From a virus (Duplodnaviria; Caudoviricetes), in IMG/VR virus record IMGVR_UViG_3300014202_000308, positions 1 through 24,292 of that record: 24,292 nt of DNA. One strand, written 5' to 3'. Position 1 is the first letter of the stretch; each line of letters starts with the position of its first letter. The notes below the pieces were generated by a model, which saw only the letters and a list, made by a program, of their open reading frames with translations, was not told the DNA's origin and ran no database searches. Positions 7,957-15,679 of the stretch are shown here, piece after piece. A program made the translations under genes and the position numbers.

Positions 7957-8181
7957 ATGAAAGACCAGCACGAAAAGATTAAGGGATACCGCGACCTCTC
8001 CCAGGAGGAAATCGACCTGATGAACGAAGGCAAGGATTTGGCGGAACAGTGCGGCGCCTACATTGAGAAACTTATGGCGAACGAAGGGATAGACAAGCGG
8101 GCTGTTGCGCTCGGCAAAACGAACCTTCAGCAGGGATTTATGTGGGCCATCCGCGCCGTGGCGCAACCCACAACGTTCTGA
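7957..8181 (+). CDS. acb2: Acb2-like anti-CBASS cyclic-nucleotide sponge protein
   Basis: MKDQHEKIKGYRDLSQEEIDLMNEGK...R...LGKT.LQ.G.M..IRAVAQP..F matches the Acb2 signature as I recall it, including Y11 and K26; GAGG RBS. Confidence 0.88.
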   Translation: MKDQHEKIKGYRDLSQEEIDLMNEGKDLAEQCGAYIEKLMANEGIDKRAVALGKTNLQQGFMWAIRAVAQPTTF

Positions 8182-8223
8182 CGCATTCTCGAATCACCAG
8201 CTACCGAGTAAAGGGGAAACAAA

Positions 8224-8472
8224 ATGGACGTGAACACCGGACACCTCGTGCGTGTTCTAGCCAGCGCGCTAGAAAAAACTCGGCACCATTACACGCCAAT
8301 ACCAGCGTCATTGCTTAAAGATGCCGAACGCGAGCTCAAAGGTCGCGACGAAACCTATGTGAATCTGAACCAGGCTGGAGCACTTCCCGGATGGGCCAGA
8401 AATAAGAAGCGCAAGAACCGAGCAAGGGCAAAGCTCGCTAAGGCTAGCCGGAAACGCAACCGCACAGCCTAA
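8224..8472 (+). CDS. Hypothetical protein with basic C-terminal tail
   Basis: AAGGGG RBS; tail RNKKRKNRARAKLAKASRKRNR. Confidence 0.7.
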   Translation: MDVNTGHLVRVLASALEKTRHHYTPIPASLLKDAERELKGRDETYVNLNQAGALPGWARNKKRKNRARAKLAKASRKRNRTA

Positions 8473-8501
8473 TTGGACAAACAAACCTAGGAGAAACCTG
8501 G

Positions 8502-8798
8502 ATGAGCGACCGGATTCTTACATGTGTGTACTGCGGCCACGAATACCCGCAAGGCACCCCTGCTTGGGGCAATGTAGTGCTGACCGAGCACATCGCGAAG
8601 TGCGAAAAGCACCCGATGCGTCGGACAGTTGAGGAGCGCGACAGGCTGCGCGCTGCGCTCGTTGGGCTCGTGGGAGCGAGTGATCCGGCTGAGCTGCGCG
8701 AAATGGAACTGGCGATGCGGGTGCTGCCGGCGCCGGCCGAGGACAAGGCCGCAACGCTGGACGCAATACACGCTCTGATCGCAACGTGCGCGAACTAG
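8502..8798 (+). CDS. Zinc-finger hypothetical protein
   Basis: AGGAG RBS; CVYCG...LTEHIAKCEKHP motif. Confidence 0.75.
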   Translation: MSDRILTCVYCGHEYPQGTPAWGNVVLTEHIAKCEKHPMRRTVEERDRLRAALVGLVGASDPAELREMELAMRVLPAPAEDKAATLDAIHALIATCAN

Positions 8799-8856
8799 TG
8801 GACATCAAAGCGCGCGGATGAAGAAGGATTTGGCGGAACAGCGCGGCGCCTACATT
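8797..8856 (+). repeat. Chimeric intergenic patch copied from two neighbouring genes
   Basis: 8797-8825 is identical to 9812-9840 (29 nt); 8824-8856 matches 8032-8064 (32/33 nt). Confidence 0.9.
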
Positions 8857-8981
8857 TTGGCCTCCAGTTTCGTCAGCGGCGACATCGTATCCATCGATTG
8901 ATGGAACAGAACCATGAATATACCAGATCGAGCCAAAAAATTTGAGCCGATTGCGCGGCTCGAGAACGGGGGAACCGACCG

Positions 8982-9509
8982 ATGTTTAGCACGATGACAG
9001 AGCAGGCACTAGCGTTGAACTTGTCAAACGAAGCAGGCGCCGCTGGCCTTGTGACGATGACAGCCGAGGTGTATCGAGAACTTGTCGGCGCTGCGCGCGC
9101 TTGGGACGCCGTGTGCTCAGGAGCGAGGGCGCCGATGTGGGAGCCCATCAACTGGCGGCAGGTTGCTGAGCGCGATGAAGCCGGCGGGCGGACGCATGCG
9201 GAGCGCGAATACCTGCGCACGCTGCGCGAACTGCAAGAGCTTGCCAAGCGGGCGCCCTACGTGAGCCAGGATTGGGTGCGCGAAGTGGCGCGCATGGACG
9301 AGATGGACATGCGGCGCCGGCTGATCCGCAGCCACGACTGGCACGGCCACTTTGCGCACAGCCTGGACGGCATCCCGGAGATTCGGAACCTGCCGGGATC
9401 TGGCATTGACGGCTGCCGAAGCCACAAAGAAGTTCGCGCCGTGGTGCTGGCCCTGCTTCAGCAGATCGAGCGCCTGAAGACGCCCAACGCTAAGGTAACC
9501 GGCCCATGA
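8982..9509 (+). CDS. Hypothetical protein whose C-terminus reads into an attC-like remnant
   Basis: GGGGG RBS-like run before ATG 8982; 175 aa; ends TPNAKVTGP. Confidence 0.65.
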   Translation: MFSTMTEQALALNLSNEAGAAGLVTMTAEVYRELVGAARAWDAVCSGARAPMWEPINWRQVAERDEAGGRTHAEREYLRTLRELQELAKRAPYVSQDWVREVARMDEMDMRRRLIRSHDWHGHFAHSLDGIPEIRNLPGSGIDGCRSHKEVRAVVLALLQQIERLKTPNAKVTGP

Positions 9510-9520
9510 CGGAGTTGGTA
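9482..9520 (-). other. Internally deleted attC-like site
   Basis: The minus strand reads TACCAAC...CGGTTAC-CTTAGC-GTTGGGC, a perfect GTTRRRY with a 6-nt spacer and L'-like box; the L'' arm is missing. Confidence 0.5.
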
Positions 9521-9548
9521 TTTTTCGGATCTCTACCGGGAGTGAGCA

Positions 9549-9752
9549 ATGGGCTTGGAATTTAGGACAACGAACGCATGTGCTCAACTCACTCGCTACG
9601 GCGGTGCAGTGGCGACCCCAGAACTGGCTGACGTGTTGGAGGCTCTGACCGACATAAACGACGATCTTTGGCACGCGCGCGATCCGGCACTGATTAAGGC
9701 GCAAGTTGAGAAAGTAAAGGCGCTGCTGGATGCTGTTGCGGCTGGCGCATGA
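9549..9752 (+). CDS. Small hypothetical protein
   Basis: GGGAG RBS; 67 aa, predicted helical. Confidence 0.6.
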   Translation: MGLEFRTTNACAQLTRYGGAVATPELADVLEALTDINDDLWHARDPALIKAQVEKVKALLDAVAAGA

Positions 9753-9802
9753 GGGCGCCCAAATCAACTGGCGGCCGTTTCGGCCAACGATTGGAGACCA
9801 GC

Positions 9803-10351
9803 ATGGGACTGAGTGGACATCAAAGCGCGCGGATGAAGAACGACGAGTGGTTGACCCCTCCGGAGATTGTCTCTTCGCTCGGCCCGTTCGATCTTGACCC
9901 GTGCAGCCCGGTGGAACGGCCATGGCCCACTGCGGCGCAGCACTTCACCGTGCGCGACGACGGGCTGGTGCAGCTGTGGCATGGCCGGGTTTGGTGCAAC
10001 CCGCCTTTTGGCCGCCAGGCGGTCAAGTGGCTTCGGAGGATGCGCGACCACGGCAACGGCGTGGCGTTGATCCCGGCGCGCACCGAAACCGCGATGTTCT
10101 ACGAGACGGTGTGGGGGCATGCAGCCGGCGTCCTGTTCCTGCGCTCACGTCCGCATTTCCACTACGTGGACGGCCTCCGAGCGCCGTTCAACAGTGGCGC
10201 TCCGATATGTCTTGTGGCTTACGGCCCCGCGAATCTGGACGCCCTGATGGAAAGCGGGCTGGGATTCACCGTAGTGGGAGCTAACGCCTGGGTTAACGCG
10301 CGGCGTAGCCGTCGCGTTGAACCGCTGGCTATGCCGGCGAACTTGCAATGA
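9803..10351 (+). CDS. Phage DNA N6-adenine methyltransferase (Dam-like)
   Basis: DEWLTPP, FDLDPC, DGL..W.G.VWCNPPF and LIPART motifs; GGAG RBS before ATG 9803. Confidence 0.9.
   Translation: MGLSGHQSARMKNDEWLTPPEIVSSLGPFDLDPCSPVERPWPTAAQHFTVRDDGLVQLWHGRVWCNPPFGRQAVKWLRRMRDHGNGVALIPARTETAMFYETVWGHAAGVLFLRSRPHFHYVDGLRAPFNSGAPICLVAYGPANLDALMESGLGFTVVGANAWVNARRSRRVEPLAMPANLQ
10279..10334 (-). other. Integron attC-like recombination hairpin (56 bp), antisense to the genes
   Basis: The minus strand reads GCATAGC-CAGCG-GTTCAACG-CGA-CGGC-TAC-GCCG-CG-CGTTAAC-CCAGGC-GTTAGCT. This is R''/5 nt/8-nt L''/stem-loop/7-nt L'/6 nt/R', with two unpaired bases on one arm. Confidence 0.68.
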
Positions 10352-10361
10352 GGAATAAACG

Positions 10362-10658
10362 ATGAAGATGCTGACGGTAGAACAGAAGGACGGCTCCGTG
10401 TGGGGCGTGCCGGTGGATGTAATCGCGCGAGACCGCGCCAAGCACTACGCCAGGGAGTTCGATGGTGATGTGGAGCGCAGCCTTGCGGAAGACACGCTGC
10501 CGCTGTTTGAGGATGACCCATATGAGGTTGGGGACTGGGCTGCGAACCAAATGAATTGGAGCGACGTAGCCGCTCATGCTAGAAAACTGAAGGACGCACC
10601 GCCGCCTGATTTTCAGGATGCATGGATGAGCGGAGCGAAAGATGTTGTTGATGCCTAA
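10362..10658 (+). CDS. Acidic hypothetical phage protein
   Basis: GAGG RBS; DWAANQMNWSDV motif; D/E rich. Confidence 0.75.
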   Translation: MKMLTVEQKDGSVWGVPVDVIARDRAKHYAREFDGDVERSLAEDTLPLFEDDPYEVGDWAANQMNWSDVAAHARKLKDAPPPDFQDAWMSGAKDVVDA

Positions 10659-10671
10659 AGGAGAGCACCCC

Positions 10672-10896
10672 ATGAGCAACAAACTGACGTATGCGACATT
10701 TTGGTTTGTGTGGAACCCCAACGGTCGGAACCCGACATACAAACACACAAGCGAAGCCAGCGCAACGTCCGAATCCGAACGCCTGGCGCGACTGCACCCC
10801 GGGGAAACATTTGTGGTGCTGGAAAGCGTATGCGCTCGCCGAGTTGACGACATGCTGCGGATTGAGATGCGGCAAGATAGCGAGGTTCCGTTTTGA
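10672..10896 (+). CDS. Small conserved phage protein
   Basis: AAGGAG RBS; FW.VWNP.G..PT.KH.S...A..E.ERLA..HPG..F.VL motif. Confidence 0.75.
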   Translation: MSNKLTYATFWFVWNPNGRNPTYKHTSEASATSESERLARLHPGETFVVLESVCARRVDDMLRIEMRQDSEVPF

Positions 10897-10956
10897 TGAC
10901 GCCGAGCTGTAATCAGACGCCCGTCCGGACGCTTCCATGACCGCGCACGCACCCAC

Positions 10957-10985
10957 TTGCAGAACCCGGAAAAATGCCGTAGTCT
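10957..10985 (+). promoter_or_regulatory. Candidate late promoter (pR'-like)
   Basis: TTGCAG-17 nt-TAGTCT, followed about 70 nt later by an intrinsic terminator and then the lysis genes. Confidence 0.6.
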
Positions 10986-11055
10986 TTTTCCCATCGTGGG
11001 GGAGTTTGCCACATGCCGATCCCGGCATGGTATTGGCACTCCGTCCGCAGCGGAT

Positions 11056-11080
11056 AACCGGCCCTGGCGCCGGTTTTTTT
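11056..11080 (+). terminator. Intrinsic terminator (tR'-like)
   Basis: AACCGGC-cctggc-GCCGGTT followed by a T run. Confidence 0.75.
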
Positions 11081-11114
11081 GTGCCCGCCGTTCGCCGGCG
11101 GGAAGTTCCTCTTG

Positions 11115-11149
11115 GCACCCTCCCGCCACCCGTCGGGTTGGGTGCTTTT
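11115..11149 (+). terminator. Possible second intrinsic terminator
   Basis: GCACCC...GGGTGC followed by TTTT. Confidence 0.45.
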
Positions 11150-11271
11150 GTGTCCCCGGATCCACGGGGACACCTTTTTACACACTGGCCCGCCTGGATG
11201 CTCACATGGTGATGCTCCGCAAGGTGGTTTTGGATCGTGGGGCGGTGCTCAAACCGCGACAGGAGCGCAGC

Positions 11272-11610
11272 GTGCGAGATGTCTTGAACACCGCGATCGA
11301 GAATGTCGGCGTTGCGCTGAGCACCCTGGGGGGTGGCGTTGCGCTGGCCGCCGGCATCGCGCCCTGGGTGGTGGAGAACCATATCTTGATTTCCGCCGTG
11401 GTGGGGATGTGTGGTCTCTTGGTCGGCGTGTGCGGGCTGCGCATCCAGATCCGCCGCGATGCGCGCGAAGCGGCCGCGGTTGCGGCGACGGAAGCGCGCG
11501 AACGCGAGGCCCATGCACTGCGCCTGGCGGCGCACCAAACGCGCATGCAGATTCTGCAGGCCGGCTTGCCCATCCCGCGCGCCGGGGAGACATCGCATGC
11601 GGATGATTAA
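11272..11610 (+). CDS. Holin-like membrane protein
   Basis: AGGAG RBS then GTG 11272; two hydrophobic segments and a charged C-terminal tail; directly upstream of the endolysin. Confidence 0.7.
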   Translation: MRDVLNTAIENVGVALSTLGGGVALAAGIAPWVVENHILISAVVGMCGLLVGVCGLRIQIRRDAREAAAVAATEAREREAHALRLAAHQTRMQILQAGLPIPRAGETSHADD

Positions 11611-12028
11611 CACGCTCATCATTCATTGCGCCGACACCTACGCGCGCATGGATATCGGTGTACCGGAAATTGATCAGTGGCACCGTGCCCGGGGGTGGAA
11701 CGGCTGCGGCTATCACTTTGTCATTCGCCGATCCGGCCAGATCGAAAAGGGCCGCCCGGTGGCGACCGCCGGTGCGCACGCCAAAAATCACAATGCCGAG
11801 AGCATCGGCATTTGCATGGTGGGCGGCAAGGGCGACGACAACCGGCCCGCCGACAACTTCATGCCAGAGCAATGGGCCGCGCTGAAAGCCCTGGTGCTGG
11901 AAATGCATGAGGAATACCCCATCGAGAGCATCATCGGCCACCGCGATGTGGAGCCCTCGAAGACGTGCCCGAATTTCGATGTGGCGGGATGGCTGCATCG
12001 TGACCTTCCGGGGCTGGGCCATCCGTGA
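11597..12028 (+). CDS. Endolysin, N-acetylmuramoyl-L-alanine amidase (T7 lysozyme-like)
   Basis: IIHC, GYHFVI..G.IEKGR, GAH, SIGIC..GG and GHRD...KTCP zinc-amidase motifs. Confidence 0.95.
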   Translation: MRMINTLIIHCADTYARMDIGVPEIDQWHRARGWNGCGYHFVIRRSGQIEKGRPVATAGAHAKNHNAESIGICMVGGKGDDNRPADNFMPEQWAALKALVLEMHEEYPIESIIGHRDVEPSKTCPNFDVAGWLHRDLPGLGHP

Positions 12029-12354
12029 ACAAGGACGGCTGGCTGGACCTGGCCGAGGTGCTCGACGCGCTCCGGATCTTCCCGCGGCTGATTTTGTTCA
12101 GCGCGTTTTGTTTCACGGCCTGGTACGCCTGGTACGCATTATCACTCGCGGTCAGTGTCATCCAGTCGGCCGCCGACCCATCGCTCGCCAGCGGTATCGT
12201 GGGCGGCGCCATCGGCATCACGGTGCCGTTTGTGGGTTCGATGTTCGCGAAGGTGGCCGACATCTACATGAACACCGGGCGCGAATGGAGCCGGCGCCCG
12301 CCGAGCGAGCCGCAATCCGGAACGCTCACCACCACCCAGAGGGTGGCGCCGTGA
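12025..12354 (+). CDS. Two-TM membrane protein in the lysis cassette (second holin or antiholin candidate)
   Basis: GTGA overlaps on both sides; LDALRIFPRLIL plus two hydrophobic helices. Confidence 0.7.
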   Translation: MNKDGWLDLAEVLDALRIFPRLILFSAFCFTAWYAWYALSLAVSVIQSAADPSLASGIVGGAIGITVPFVGSMFAKVADIYMNTGREWSRRPPSEPQSGTLTTTQRVAP

Positions 12355-12815
12355 GCGCGATCTATATGCGCCTCGCCGTGCTCGCTGCGATGCTCGGGCT
12401 GTGCTGGGGGTTGTATTCCCAGATCCGCGCCAATGGCGTGATCAGCGCGCAGCTGGTGTCCGAGCAGGTCGGCGCGGCGCTCAATGCCGAGAAAGCCAAG
12501 GCCACGATCACCGCGCTACAAACCGATAGGGAGCTACGCGATGCGATCAGCACCAGCCTGCAAACGGCACGCAACCGGGCGGACGCGAACAGCGCGCGCC
12601 AGGCTGCGGCCATCAATACCGTCTACCGCGAGCCAGCGGTGGCGCCATGGGCGGCCACGGTGCCGCCTGATCGCATACGCGCTGCTGCTGCCGCTGCTCT
12701 TGATTGCTTGTGGCAGCACGGCCCCGAAGGCGCCGCCGGCGCCGGAGATTGTGCGCGTGTTACCGCCGGCGGAGCTGATGCAGGATTGCCCGCGTCCGGC
12801 GGTGGACATGAGTAA
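12351..12815 (+). CDS. Rz: i-spanin (Rz-like)
   Basis: Single N-terminal TM helix, Ala-rich coiled coil and C-terminal Cys residues; overlapped by a lipoprotein ORF. Confidence 0.8.
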   Translation: MSAIYMRLAVLAAMLGLCWGLYSQIRANGVISAQLVSEQVGAALNAEKAKATITALQTDRELRDAISTSLQTARNRADANSARQAAAINTVYREPAVAPWAATVPPDRIRAAAAAALDCLWQHGPEGAAGAGDCARVTAGGADAGLPASGGGHE

Positions 12816-12918
12816 CAACGGCGCGCTGTTGCAATCGCTGATGAGTTGTCACGGCAAGATCATCAAGTGCAACCTGGATCGCGCCGCGCTGCGGCAATGG
12901 GCGGCTGGTGCAAAATGA
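12541..12918 (+). CDS. Rz1: o-spanin lipoprotein (Rz1-like), overlapping Rz in another frame
   Basis: Lipobox LLIA-C, Pro-rich linker and CN.DRAALRQW C-terminus; AGGGAG RBS before ATG 12541 (start uncertain). Confidence 0.82.
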   Translation: MRSAPACKRHATGRTRTARARLRPSIPSTASQRWRHGRPRCRLIAYALLLPLLLIACGSTAPKAPPAPEIVRVLPPAELMQDCPRPAVDMSNNGALLQSLMSCHGKIIKCNLDRAALRQWAAGAK

Positions 12919-13013
12919 GAGCGCGCGTCGGCTGCACCAGCCTGCTGCGCGATGTTCCGGCGCTGTCTGCCCAGGGCGCGCGAGGCGAACACTGATCATG
13001 ATCCTGTGGGGGT

Positions 13014-13529
13014 ATGGCGGGCAGTGACGGCCGACAATCGTTGCCCCAGTTCAGCAAAGCGCAACTGGCGCAGCTTTTCGGGTTGCACCGCAACACGGTG
13101 TCGGCGCGCCTGCGTGATGCCGTGCCCGACGGGTACAGAAAAAAAACCGAGGCGACGTACAGCCTGCCGACCGTGGCGCACCTGCTGATAGATACGGTGG
13201 CGATAAGCCCCGCCGCCGATCCGGAAAACATGCCGCCGGACATGGCGAAGGATTACTGGGATGCGCAGCTCAAGGAGCAGCAATTCCGCCAGCGCGATGG
13301 CGAGCTGTGGCGCGACGCCGAAGTGCTCGATGTGTTCGCCGCGGTGTTCAAACCGCTCGCCAACAAGGTGCGCTCGATTTCGGATGCGGTGGAGCGTCGC
13401 GCGGCGCTGACGCCAAAGCAAGTCATCGCGGTACAGGATGCCTGCGATGGCGCGTTGCGTGAAATGTACGACGAGGTGAAAAAGGTCGTGGGCGGTATCG
13501 CGCTCGATGCGGAACCTGCCGATCCATGA
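13014..13529 (+). CDS. Terminase small subunit (Nu1/DUF1441-like)
   Basis: N-terminal HTH SKAQLAQLFGLHRNTVSARL; DPENMPP..AKDYW motif; overlaps the large subunit. Confidence 0.88.
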   Translation: MAGSDGRQSLPQFSKAQLAQLFGLHRNTVSARLRDAVPDGYRKKTEATYSLPTVAHLLIDTVAISPAADPENMPPDMAKDYWDAQLKEQQFRQRDGELWRDAEVLDVFAAVFKPLANKVRSISDAVERRAALTPKQVIAVQDACDGALREMYDEVKKVVGGIALDAEPADP

Positions 13530-15634
13530 GTGCGTACCGATCCCTCGGCGATATCGTGCTCGATGCGGCCCGGGTGCTGCTGCCTCCGGATCGTTTGTCG
13601 GTGAGCGACGCCGCCGCCAAATATCGCTACCTGAACAACCCGGGCGCCTACGTCGGACCCTGGCGCAACGAGACCGTGCCCTATCTGCGCGAGCCGATGG
13701 ACACGCTGGCGAGCCGGCAGTATCGCGAGTGGGTATATGTCAAGCCGGCCCAGTCGGGCGGCACGGAATGCGCGCTGAATCTGATTCTGCAAACGATCCT
13801 GCTGAACCCGGCCGATATCCGGTTCTACGAAAAGACCGAAAGCGCCGCGCGGGATTTCTCGAAAGACAAGCTGGCGAAGCTGTTTCGGTATTGCCCCGAG
13901 GCGAAGTCAGAACTGCTGACCGGCAAGAAAGGCGACACGACGCATACCAAGTATTTCCGGGCCGGTACGCACCTGCGGCTGAGCTGGCCGTCGGAAAACG
14001 AGCTGGCGGGACATTCCACCGGCATCAATTTTCTGACGGACTACGACCGCATGCCGCAGGACGTGGGCGGCGAGGGTTCGCCGTTCTCGCTGGCGCGCAT
14101 GCGCAGCACCAGCTTCGGCAGTTTTGCGATGACGGCGGCGGACAGTTCGCCCAGCTTCCCGGTACAGGATGCGAGCTGGCGCTGCCCGCGCGAGACGCCC
14201 CACATGGGGCCGCCGTGCGGCGGGATCATCACGCTCTACAACGAGGGCGACCGCCGCCGCTGGTACTGGCCGTGCCCGGATTGCGGCGCCTATTACGAAC
14301 CGTCGTTTCGGCTGCTTGTGCCGGGCGATCATCCCGAGCCATCGGATGCCGCGCGCGGGGTGGTGATGGCCTGCCCGAGCTGCGGCCTGGCCACGCCACC
14401 CAGCGCCAAGCACGAGATGAATCTGGCGGGCGTATGGTTGCGCGAGGCCGATCTGGTCGCGCTTGGCGGGGGTGCGGCCTTTGTCGACCAGGCCGCGACC
14501 CGCAAGAAAGCCTGGCGCATCGCGCTCGACAAGCCCGAGGCGTACAACACCCGGGCGAGCTTCTGGCTAAAAGGCCCGGCGGCCGCTTTCCAGAACTGGG
14601 AAGCCATGATGGCGAAGTGGCTGAGCGCGCAGCGCATCTACGCCGCCACCGGCGACGATGGCGCGTTGAAGGGTACCGTCAACACCGACCAGTGCGAAGC
14701 CTACAGCCCGCCGCGCAGCACCACGGATCGCTCGGCGGATGAGCTGGCCGAACGCGCCGAGGCGTTGGGAGAGCGCGTCGTGCCGACTGCGGTGCGTTGC
14801 CTGCTGGCCACGGTCGATGTGCAGCGGAACCGGTTCGAGGTACAGGTGCAGGGCGTGGCGCCGGGTGGCGATTTGTTCGTCGTCGACCGCTTCGCGCTGC
14901 GCAAGTCCACGCGCATCGATGCCGACGGGCACCCCTGGCCGGTGCGCCCGGCATCGCATGAAGAAGACTGGAATTTGCTTACCGAGCACGTCGTGGAGCG
15001 CACCTATCCGCTCGGGGACGGCAGCGGCCGGCGGATGGCGATTCGCGCGGTCGGCATCGATTCCGGGGGTGAAGCGGGGGCCACCGAAAAAGCCTACGCG
15101 TATTACCGCAAGCTGCGCCATGCAGGACTGCACACCCGCGTTCGGCTGCTCAAGGGCGGCTCTACCCCGAATGCGCCCAGGGTGCGGCTGTCGCACCCGG
15201 ACAGCAACCGGAAGGATCGCAATGCCGGCGCACGGGGAGAAGTGCCCGTGCTGCTGCTCAATGTGAACATGCTGAAAGATGCGCTCGATGCGCGTCTCGA
15301 TGTGCAGAAAGCCGGTGACGGGATGGTCCACTTTCCCGATTGGCTGCCGCTCGATTTTTTCGCGGAGCTGTGCGCCGAGACCCGCACCAAAAAAGGCTGG
15401 GCGAAAATCGCCGGGCGGAAAAACGAATCGACCGACCTGCTCGTTTACACGCTGGCGCTGATGATCGAGCTCAAGCTGGAAACCATGCCCTGGGGCAAGC
15501 CCTTCCGCTGGGCGGCGCCCTGGGACATGAATTCGCTGGTCACCGCGTCCGCACCGGCGGGTGATGCCACGGCCGGCGATAGCAAGCAAACCAAGAAACA
15601 GACGATGGCCGAGTGGGCCAAGCGGATGGGGTGA
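13526..15634 (+). CDS. Terminase large subunit, lambda GpA family
   Basis: GPW.NETVPYLREPMD, Walker A KPAQSGGTE, TDYDRM, CPDC/CPSC zinc motifs, nuclease motifs TVDVQ, IDSGG and NE..D. Confidence 0.96.
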   Translation: MSAYRSLGDIVLDAARVLLPPDRLSVSDAAAKYRYLNNPGAYVGPWRNETVPYLREPMDTLASRQYREWVYVKPAQSGGTECALNLILQTILLNPADIRFYEKTESAARDFSKDKLAKLFRYCPEAKSELLTGKKGDTTHTKYFRAGTHLRLSWPSENELAGHSTGINFLTDYDRMPQDVGGEGSPFSLARMRSTSFGSFAMTAADSSPSFPVQDASWRCPRETPHMGPPCGGIITLYNEGDRRRWYWPCPDCGAYYEPSFRLLVPGDHPEPSDAARGVVMACPSCGLATPPSAKHEMNLAGVWLREADLVALGGGAAFVDQAATRKKAWRIALDKPEAYNTRASFWLKGPAAAFQNWEAMMAKWLSAQRIYAATGDDGALKGTVNTDQCEAYSPPRSTTDRSADELAERAEALGERVVPTAVRCLLATVDVQRNRFEVQVQGVAPGGDLFVVDRFALRKSTRIDADGHPWPVRPASHEEDWNLLTEHVVERTYPLGDGSGRRMAIRAVGIDSGGEAGATEKAYAYYRKLRHAGLHTRVRLLKGGSTPNAPRVRLSHPDSNRKDRNAGARGEVPVLLLNVNMLKDALDARLDVQKAGDGMVHFPDWLPLDFFAELCAETRTKKGWAKIAGRKNESTDLLVYTLALMIELKLETMPWGKPFRWAAPWDMNSLVTASAPAGDATAGDSKQTKKQTMAEWAKRMG

Positions 15635-15657
15635 CCCGCCGCCGCGCCCCGGACCAA

Positions 15658-15677
15658 CTCGCTTCGGCGAGGTTTTT
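15658..15677 (+). terminator. Intrinsic terminator after the terminase
   Basis: CTCGC-TTCG-GCGAG-GTTTTT. Confidence 0.7.
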
Positions 15678-15679
15678 AT

